Shown: one piece after another, positions 58,345 to 64,000 of the stretch
Layout of the letters: every line of letters starts with the position of its first letter
Position numbering within the stretch: position 1 is the stretch's first letter
Source: an uncultured Rhodobacteraceae bacterium
GTDB taxonomy: Bacteria > Pseudomonadota > Alphaproteobacteria > Rhodobacterales > Rhodobacteraceae
Direction of reading: 5' to 3'
Assembly (NCBI GenBank): GCA_947494675.1
Contig: CANLVP010000003.1
Location: 233,791-297,790, forward strand
DNA: 64,000 nucleotides
The notes under the pieces: generated by a model
What the model was told of the DNA's origin: nothing
Databases searched by the model: none
What the model saw: the letters and a program-made list of their open reading frames with translations, nothing else
Program-made: the position numbers and the translations under genes

Positions 58345-59897
58345 AGCCCATTCGCCTGATGGCCGGGTTCTTTACCGTCGGCGTCTGGACCTTGCTCAGC
58401 CGCGTTTTGGGCTTTGTGCGTGACATCCTGATTGCGGGTTATCTTGGCACCGGAATCGTGGCTGAGGCCTTTCTGATCGCGTTTTCGCTGCCCAACCTCT
58501 TTCGCCGCTTCTTTGCCGAAGGCGCGTTCAACATGGCGTTCATCCCGATGTTCGCCAAAAAGTTGGAGAGCGGCGATGCGCCGCAACGCTTTGCCCAAGA
58601 TGCCTTTGCCGGCATGGCCTTTCTGCTGTCCGTCTTTACCGCCCTTGGCGTGATCTTCATGCCTGCGCTGGTGACATTGATGGCCAGCGGTTTTGTCGGT
58701 GATGCGCGGTTTGACCTGACGGTCGCCTATGGCCGCATCGCCTTTCCCTATATCCTGTTCATCTCGCTCGCGGCCCTTTTGTCGGGCGTCTTGAACGCCA
58801 CCGGGCGCTTTGCAGCCGCCGCCGCTGCACCGGTCTTGCTGAATATCATCTTTGTGATCGCCATCGCATGGGGCGCGCTAACCGCAGGAGATGGCGACAC
58901 CGCTCAACATATCGGGCAGCGCATGGCATGGGCTGTGCCGCTGGCAGGGATCGCGCAGCTGTTGCTGGTCTGGTGGGCCGCGAAAGGTGCCGGATACCCG
59001 ATGCGCCTTGGCATGCCGCGCATGACGCCCGAACTGAAACGCCTTGCCATCATTGCGGCCCCTGCAGCCCTTGCGGGCGGTGTCGTGCAGATCAACCTGC
59101 TGGTGGGCCGTCAGGTCGCGAGCTTCTTTGACGGGGCTGTGGCGTGGCTGTCCTATGCTGACCGGCTGTATCAACTGCCGCTGGGCGTCGTGGGCATTGC
59201 CATTGGTGTCGTGCTTTTGCCTGACCTTGCCCGCCGTCTTGGCGCAGGTGATGCAGCAGGCGGCCAAGACGCCTTTAACCGTGCCGCCGAAATCAGCCTT
59301 GCCCTGACGATCCCCGCCGCCGTGGCGCTGCTCGCAATCCCCGGCCCGCTGGTCAGCGTTTTGTTTGAACGGGGTGCCTTTACCGCCGCCGATACCGCCG
59401 CCACCGCACTGGCCGTCGCGGTTTATGGCCTTGGCCTGCCCGCCTTTGTCCTGCAAAAAACGCTGCAACCGCTCTTTTTTGCCCGCGAAGACACCCGCCG
59501 ACCCTTTCAATATGCCGTGATCGCGATGGTCCTGAACCTTGTGATTGCCGTTGGATTGTCCCCTTATATCGGGTTTATTGCCGCCGCCATTGGCACCTCT
59601 TTGACCGGTTGGGCCATGGTTGTACTGCTCTGGCGGGGGTCACGAGGTATGGGTCAAGCTGCTCAAATCGATGACAGATTCCGCCGCCGCATTGGTCGCA
59701 TTATCGCCGCTTCAATAGCGATGGGCCTTATTTTATGGGGTATTGCGGCTGTCCTTTCCCCCTATCTGGCAGCACCCGGCCTGCGGTATGCAGCGCTAGG
59801 CCTTCTGGTGGGGATCGGGATCCTGTCCTATTTCGCCATCGGTCAGTTGATCGGCGCATTTCAGCTACGCGAGTTTCGCAAAGCGCTGCGCCGCTAG
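58341..59897 (+). CDS. murJ: lipid II flippase
   Basis: 518-aa MviN/MurJ polytopic protein (LSRVLGFVRDILIA, FAEGAFNMAFIP). The ATGA start overlaps the glnD stop. Confidence 0.92.
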   Translation: MKPIRLMAGFFTVGVWTLLSRVLGFVRDILIAGYLGTGIVAEAFLIAFSLPNLFRRFFAEGAFNMAFIPMFAKKLESGDAPQRFAQDAFAGMAFLLSVFTALGVIFMPALVTLMASGFVGDARFDLTVAYGRIAFPYILFISLAALLSGVLNATGRFAAAAAAPVLLNIIFVIAIAWGALTAGDGDTAQHIGQRMAWAVPLAGIAQLLLVWWAAKGAGYPMRLGMPRMTPELKRLAIIAAPAALAGGVVQINLLVGRQVASFFDGAVAWLSYADRLYQLPLGVVGIAIGVVLLPDLARRLGAGDAAGGQDAFNRAAEISLALTIPAAVALLAIPGPLVSVLFERGAFTAADTAATALAVAVYGLGLPAFVLQKTLQPLFFAREDTRRPFQYAVIAMVLNLVIAVGLSPYIGFIAAAIGTSLTGWAMVVLLWRGSRGMGQAAQIDDRFRRRIGRIIAASIAMGLILWGIAAVLSPYLAAPGLRYAALGLLVGIGILSYFAIGQLIGAFQLREFRKALRR

Positions 59898-59954
59898 TCT
59901 GCACACAAGGCTTGCATTGTCCCATGAGGGTGGCATAGCAACAATGTAACTTAG

Positions 59955-59970
59955 TTAAGGGCGCATTAAC
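59955..59970 (+). promoter_or_regulatory. perfect CtrA-box consensus TTAA-N7-TTAAC
   Basis: TTAAGGGCGCATTAAC lies 65-80 nt upstream of the sugar-transferase ATG, in an AT-rich intergenic region. Confidence 0.55.
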
Positions 59971-60034
59971 GTCACAATTTTATCAATGTTTACCGATAGT
60001 AGAAACATTGAGAATGCGCCGAAGTGGTTAACCG

Positions 60035-60760
60035 ATGATGCAACGTCTGAACGTCCAACCTGCAAATGAACAGCTCAGCGAAGCGCTGCGCCCTCAATTG
60101 CGGCCGGTCACGATGCCACCAAAAGGGGCGGTTGTTCCCGCACCCAAAGCGCCATCCACCTATGAGACTTGGTTCAAACGCCCATTTGACGTGACGTTGG
60201 TTGTGTTTGGTGCGGTCATTGCTGTTCCCCTGATCGGGTTGATGGTTCTGGCTATTGCCCTGACTGGCGGCAAGCCGCTCTATCGTCAGCAGCGTTTGGG
60301 CAAAGGCGGCAAGCTTTTCACCATCTGGAAACTGCGCACCATGGTCCGCAACGCCGATGCCGCACTTGAGGCGCATCTGGACGCGAACCCCGAGGCGCGT
60401 GCCGAATGGGATGCCAACCAAAAGCTGCGCCATGACCCCCGGATCACACGCATCGGTCGCGTGCTGCGCAAAATCTCTTTTGATGAGTTGCCACAGATTT
60501 GGAACGTCCTGAAGGGCGACATGAGCCTCATTGGCCCGCGTCCCATGATGGTTTGCCAGGAAGTGCTGTATCTTGGCGAAAGCTACTACACCCTGCGTCC
60601 CGGCATCACCGGCCTTTGGCAGGTGTCACGTCGCAATGATGTATCGTTCAACGAACGCGCCGATATCGATGCGGTCTATGCCCGCCGGATCACGTTCTTG
60701 GGTGACCTGCGCATTCTGGCAAAAACCATCCGCGTCGTCCTGAGCGGCACCGGTCACTAA
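60035..60760 (+). CDS. undecaprenyl-phosphate sugar phosphotransferase (ExoY/WbaP C-terminal-type bacterial sugar transferase)
   Basis: KRPFDV ... one TM helix ... RLGKGGKLFTIWKLRTM ... DELPQIWNVLKGDMSLIGPRP. Confidence 0.88.
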   Translation: MMQRLNVQPANEQLSEALRPQLRPVTMPPKGAVVPAPKAPSTYETWFKRPFDVTLVVFGAVIAVPLIGLMVLAIALTGGKPLYRQQRLGKGGKLFTIWKLRTMVRNADAALEAHLDANPEARAEWDANQKLRHDPRITRIGRVLRKISFDELPQIWNVLKGDMSLIGPRPMMVCQEVLYLGESYYTLRPGITGLWQVSRRNDVSFNERADIDAVYARRITFLGDLRILAKTIRVVLSGTGH

Positions 60761-61437
60761 GACCTTTGACGCAGGCGCTGCAGCAATGCAGCAAAGCCGC
60801 CGGGCACCAAAAGTGTCGCGGTCAGGAAGCCAAAGACAAAACCCGCCAATTCCGCGATCCACGCGTTTCCTGCGCCAAAGAGCAGCCCAAAGACCAGTTG
60901 CAGTGCCAGCAGAAATCCGATGAGCCGAAAGGCCGCAAGCTGGCTTTGCCCGGTGCGGCCCAGATGCAGCCAGATCACATAGGTATAGGCCCCGATCAGC
61001 CCGTAAACCGGCGGAAACAAACCAAAAAGTGGTGATGTGCCGGACGCGATCAGGCAAAAGACCAATGCCCCGCCGACCGATGTGATGGCAAAGATCAGCA
61101 AGACCGCCAAATTGCCCAAGGCGTCCCCGACGAACTTGCCCAAGGCCAGTAGCAGCGCGATGCCAAAGAGCGCCTGGGTAAAGCTTGCGTGGACAAAGGG
61201 ATAGGTCACAAAGCGCATCAGCATGTCAGGCGCGAAATCGCCGCGGGTCAGGATCCAGTCCAGGACCGCGGGCGAGAGAGAATAGGATTGTAACGCATTG
61301 ATCCGCCAGCCAATTGCCTGCGGGTCACCCACGACGCCAAACTGCCCGGCGCCCAAAACCAGTTCCACCGCGACGGCGATCAGGCACAGCACGATCACCA
61401 CCGGTGGGATCGGATTGACGGCGTTTGGGGTCTGCAT
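60757..61437 (-). CDS. rhomboid-fold membrane protein lacking the catalytic Ser/His (predicted pseudoprotease)
   Basis: Six TM segments align with my remembered E. coli GlpG sequence. RFVTYPFVHASFTQALFG aligns with RYFTHALMHFSLMHILFN. FGLFPPVYGLIG aligns with GGLSGVVYALMG. AELAGFVFG aligns with AHIAGLAVG. Confidence 0.75.
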   Translation of the reverse strand: MQTPNAVNPIPPVVIVLCLIAVAVELVLGAGQFGVVGDPQAIGWRINALQSYSLSPAVLDWILTRGDFAPDMLMRFVTYPFVHASFTQALFGIALLLALGKFVGDALGNLAVLLIFAITSVGGALVFCLIASGTSPLFGLFPPVYGLIGAYTYVIWLHLGRTGQSQLAAFRLIGFLLALQLVFGLLFGAGNAWIAELAGFVFGFLTATLLVPGGFAALLQRLRQRS

Positions 61438-61516
61438 GGCTTGCCTCGTTGATATTGACGGTCCGCTCTGGCATGGGTAAGCGACGCAACCGCAAACGAC
61501 CAGACCGGATCATCAG

Positions 61517-62536
61517 ATGACTGCCAAGACCTTTACCCCTCGTGTTTTTTCCGGGATTAAGCCCTCTGGCGGGCTGACATTGGGCAATTACCTTGGGGCG
61601 ATCAAACGCTTTGCTGGCATGCAAGGCCCTGATTTTGAAACCGTTTATTGCGTGGTGGATCTGCACGCGATCACCGTCTGGCAGGACCCCGCTGAATTGG
61701 CCGCTGGCACGCGCGAGGTCGCGGCAGGTTATCTGGCCGCCGGTTTGGACCCTGAAAAATCAATCCTGTTCAACCAATCCCAAGTCCCAGCCCACGCCGA
61801 ATTAGGCTGGATTTTCAACTGTGTAGCACGGGTCGGCTGGATGAACCGTATGACGCAGTTCAAGGACAAGGCAGGATCAGGGGCCGAGAAAGCGTCGCTG
61901 GGGCTTTATGCTTATCCGTCGCTGATGGCGGCTGACATCTTGCTTTATCATGCGACGCATGTGCCGGTGGGTGAGGATCAAAAACAGCATGTGGAATTGA
62001 CGCGGGACATTGCGACCAAGTTCAACCATGACTTCAAAACCGATTTTTTCCCGATAACTCAACCGGTTATCGACGGCCCTGCCACGCGCGTGATGAACCT
62101 GCGCGATGGGTCCAAGAAAATGTCGAAGTCGGGCGAAAGCGATATGGAACGCATCAACATGCTGGATGATGCAGACAAGATCGCCAAGAAGTTCAAGAAG
62201 GCCAAGACCGATCCAGAGCCGCTGCCAGAGACGCTGGAAGGTCTGAAAGACCGGGCCGAGGCGCGCAATCTGGTCGATATTTATGCAGCCTTATCAGACA
62301 CTTCGCCAGAGGCCGTTATCGGTGAATATGCCGGTGCAGGCTGGGGCCGGTTCAAGCCCGCGCTGGCCGATTTGGCGGTGGAAAAGCTGGCACCAATCTC
62401 GGAAGAGATGCGGCGTTTGATGGATGATCCGGCTGAAATTGACCGGATTTTGGGCAAAGGTGCCGAGAAAGCCCGCGCCATCGCCGAGCCGGTTCTGCGC
62501 GACACCTATGAGATCGTAGGGTTGCTGCGCAGCTAA
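61517..62536 (+). CDS. trpS: tryptophan--tRNA ligase
   Basis: [17 protein letters not shown] (HIGH-like region) and KMSKS (KKMSKSG). 339 aa. Confidence 0.95.
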   Translation: MTAKTFTPRVFSGIKPSGGLTLGNYLGAIKRFAGMQGPDFETVYCVVDLHAITVWQDPAELAAGTREVAAGYLAAGLDPEKSILFNQSQVPAHAELGWIFNCVARVGWMNRMTQFKDKAGSGAEKASLGLYAYPSLMAADILLYHATHVPVGEDQKQHVELTRDIATKFNHDFKTDFFPITQPVIDGPATRVMNLRDGSKKMSKSGESDMERINMLDDADKIAKKFKKAKTDPEPLPETLEGLKDRAEARNLVDIYAALSDTSPEAVIGEYAGAGWGRFKPALADLAVEKLAPISEEMRRLMDDPAEIDRILGKGAEKARAIAEPVLRDTYEIVGLLRS

Positions 62537-62567
62537 GCGCCAGACCACCGCACGGTCGAAATCGACG

Positions 62568-62659
62568 ATGCAGAACCTGTGCAGAACCCATGCACAGGTG
62601 ATGCACAACCTATATGCAAGCGAGTCTTAAGTTGCGTTAATCTGTGCGCCTGCGCACGC
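62568..62659 (+). repeat. 92-nt conserved intergenic element, copy B
   Basis: It pairs with 46153..46244 (minus strand). It contains the hairpin CCTGTGCA-gaaccca-TGCACAGG at 62576-62598. Confidence 0.8.
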
Positions 62660-62683
62660 AACATGTGGCATTCTGCGTGTTTC

Positions 62684-62697
62684 GCGCACATGTGCGC
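62684..62697. promoter_or_regulatory. perfect 14-bp palindrome GCGCACATGTGCGC; candidate operator
   Basis: It lies 40 nt upstream of the ATG at 62737. Related half-sites TGTGCGC/GCGCAC are also at 62643-62657. Confidence 0.4.
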
Positions 62698-62736
62698 AGA
62701 CCTATATCGTGGGGTGAGACAGCAAAGAGATTTTAC

Positions 62737-63225
62737 ATGACCCACCCTGCCACACCACGCGTCGGACATATCCATCTCAAGGTCGCCGACCTTGATCGCG
62801 CGATTGCGTTCTATAGCGGCATCCTTGGGTTTGAGGTCATGCAGAAAATGGGCGACCGTGCCGCGTTTCTGGGGGCCGGTGGATATCACCATCACATCGG
62901 GCTCAACACCTGGGAAAGCGCGGGGGCGACGCCGCCGCCTGCCGGGCATACCGGGCTTTATCATTCCGCGTTTCTCTATCCGGATCGGGCAGCGCTTGCT
63001 GCGGTTCTGCGCCGGATCAAGGATGCAGGCATCCCGCTGGATGGCGCTGCAGATCACGGTGTGAGCGAGGCGATCTATTTGCGTGATCCCGACCAGAACG
63101 GCGTCGAGATTTATGTAGACCGCGACGAGGCCGATTGGCCCCGTGATGACGCAGGTAAACTTGCGATGACAAATGCGCGGTTTGATCTGGATGCCTTGCT
63201 GCAAGAGGCGCAGGTCCCGGCCTGA
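62737..63225 (+). CDS. VOC-family protein (glyoxalase/extradiol dioxygenase-like)
   Basis: VGHIHLKVADLDRAIAFYSGILGFEV ... SEAIYLRDPDQNGVEIY. The start is the ATG at MTHPATP. Confidence 0.85.
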   Translation: MTHPATPRVGHIHLKVADLDRAIAFYSGILGFEVMQKMGDRAAFLGAGGYHHHIGLNTWESAGATPPPAGHTGLYHSAFLYPDRAALAAVLRRIKDAGIPLDGAADHGVSEAIYLRDPDQNGVEIYVDRDEADWPRDDAGKLAMTNARFDLDALLQEAQVPA

Positions 63226-63305
63226 TGCAGGTCTGAGCGGATTCTTTTATCCGACACCCTCAACATCAAAACAGACATCCAAAATCACCGGCTTCAGAAC
63301 AGCCC

Positions 63306-63357
63306 TTGACATGATACCTTTTGGTTATGTATTTAAATGATACCCAATGGTATTATT
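63306..63357 (+). promoter_or_regulatory. putative promoter (TTGACA) overlapping two ATGATACC-N4-GGT(T)AT inverted repeats; candidate ArsR operator
   Basis: TTGACA is at 63306-63311. ATGATACC-tttt-GGTTAT is at 63311-63328 and AATGATACC-caat-GGTATTATT at 63336-63357, directly upstream of the RBS AAAGGGGG and the ATG at 63370. Confidence 0.45.
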
Positions 63358-63369
63358 AAAGGGGGCACA

Positions 63370-63690
63370 ATGACTGCACATGAACAAATGGGGTTTCGGG
63401 CGCTCGCCGACCCGACCCGCCGCGATATCTTGCGGATGCTTGCGCGCAAAAACATGACGATTGCCGAAGTCGCCGAGAATTTTGAGATGACCAGAGCTGC
63501 TGTGAAAAAGCACCTGACCGTCTTGAGTGATGGCGGGCTGATTTCGGTGCAGGTGGCGGGGCGGTCGCGGATGAACGCGCTGAACCCCGATGGCCTGCGG
63601 CGTGTGTTCGACTGGTTCAACTACTTCGATGCGTTCTGGGATGACCGTCTCGATCAACTCAAATCCGAAATTGAAAAGGACGTCCAATGA
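63370..63690 (+). CDS. ArsR/SmtB-family transcriptional regulator
   Basis: FRALADPTRRDILRML ... AAVKKHLTVLSDGGLI. The start is at MTAHEQ after AAAGGGGG. Confidence 0.88.
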   Translation: MTAHEQMGFRALADPTRRDILRMLARKNMTIAEVAENFEMTRAAVKKHLTVLSDGGLISVQVAGRSRMNALNPDGLRRVFDWFNYFDAFWDDRLDQLKSEIEKDVQ

Positions 63691-64000
63691 CCGACACGAT
63701 TCTGCAGAAATCAATCTACCTCAAGGCAACACCGGCGCAGGTCTGGGCCTATCTGACGGAGCCCGAAAAGCTGGCGATCTGGTTTCACCAGCCGAAGACC
63801 GCCCTCGTCGTAGGGGCATATGAGATGTTTGGCACCAAGAGCGGCGATAAGCTGATGTGGGGCGAGGTTTTGGTGGCCGAACCGTTTGCGCGGCTGGAAT
63901 ACACCTTTACCATTGCGCCGATGGGCGATGCGGTCAGCACGGTGAAGTGGGCCTTGGAAGAAGTGGCGGGCGGCACGCGGTTGTCATTGCGCCACGAAGG
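63687..64000 (+). CDS. SRPBCC/AHSA1-domain protein (N-terminal part; runs off the window)
   Basis: My own translation is MTDTILQKSIYLKATPAQVWAYLTEPEKLAIWFHQPK... The ATGA start overlaps the ArsR stop. ArsR followed by an Aha1-like SRPBCC protein is a typical gene pair. Confidence 0.75.
   Translation, partial: MTDTILQKSIYLKATPAQVWAYLTEPEKLAIWFHQPKTALVVGAYEMFGTKSGDKLMWGEVLVAEPFARLEYTFTIAPMGDAVSTVKWALEEVAGGTRLSLRHE

Noticed and set aside
60757-61437. The rhomboid-like protein as the missing sorting protease for the VPLPA-CTERM proteins, by analogy with rhombosortase and GlyGly-CTERM
   Set aside because: The catalytic Ser and His positions appear to be substituted, so a protease role is unlikely. 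It is also not adjacent to either cargo gene.
62573-62587. GAAC-N7-GAAC as a LexA (SOS) box
   Set aside because: The match to the alphaproteobacterial direct-repeat consensus is perfect, but it occurs only in copy B; copy A reads GAAC-N7-AAAA. It lies largely inside the hairpin (its last 12 nt, 62576-62587), and the downstream genes (VOC, dut) are not classic SOS genes. I kept it as a note inside the finding rather than a feature.
62609-62615. CCTATAT (also at 62701-62707) and CTTATAT in copy A, read as RpoH-type -10 elements (CYTATNT)
   Set aside because: No CTTG-like -35 element lies at the expected 16-18 nt distance in any of the three cases. A match to the -10 alone is not enough.
62627-62641. 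CtrA-like sites inside the repeated element: TTAA-N6-TTAAT here, and TTGA-N7-TTAAC at 46171-46186 on the minus strand
   Set aside because: Copy B has the wrong spacing (N6) and copy A has a mismatched half-site. Neither meets the TTAA-N7-TTAAC consensus, so neither was called.
1-64000. Window-wide scan for CRISPR arrays, IS elements or transposases, integrases, phage genes, tRNA/rRNA/tmRNA, riboswitches and known defence genes
   Set aside because: I saw none. All intergenic gaps are 250 nt or shorter. No direct-repeat/spacer periodicity, terminal inverted repeats or recombinase-like ORFs were evident. This was done by eye only, so short or degenerate elements could have been missed.

Overview
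GC-rich alphaproteobacterial chromosome segment. The gene content looks like Rhodobacteraceae (roseobacter group); this is inferred from VPLPA-CTERM proteins, a Hint-domain protein, homospermidine synthase and a dimethylglycine-dehydrogenase-like gene. The window is densely packed with core housekeeping genes: ileS, hisC-tyrC, hss, dnaE, panCB, coaBC-dut, rpoH, cobU/cobC, gshB, rsmI, yraN, glnD, murJ and trpS. There is also an xdhABC operon joined by overlapping stop/start codons to a BMP-family nucleoside ABC importer. I found no rRNA, tRNA, CRISPR array, transposase, integrase or recognisable defence island, and no clearly novel multi-gene system. The signal that annotated features explain least is a 92-nt intergenic element present twice (46153-46244 minus, 62568-62659 plus). 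The two copies are about 71% identical by hand count and share a hairpin whose stem differs by compensatory changes. Other items worth a second look: (1) a rhomboid-fold membrane protein with all four catalytic or oxyanion positions substituted; (2) a perfect CtrA box upstream of a priming sugar transferase; (3) two VPLPA-CTERM surface proteins, one carrying a Cys/Gln motif pair like internal-thioester domains; (4) a small His-rich membrane ORF wedged between two ABC permease genes; (5) two paralogous mini class-3-lipase-like genes flanking panCB; (6) a GST-TRASH fusion; (7) a membrane-anchored ThiF/MoeB-like enzyme. Start codons were chosen by eye from RBS, overlaps and homolog N-termini, and several are uncertain. 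All family assignments come from remembered motifs, not database searches.
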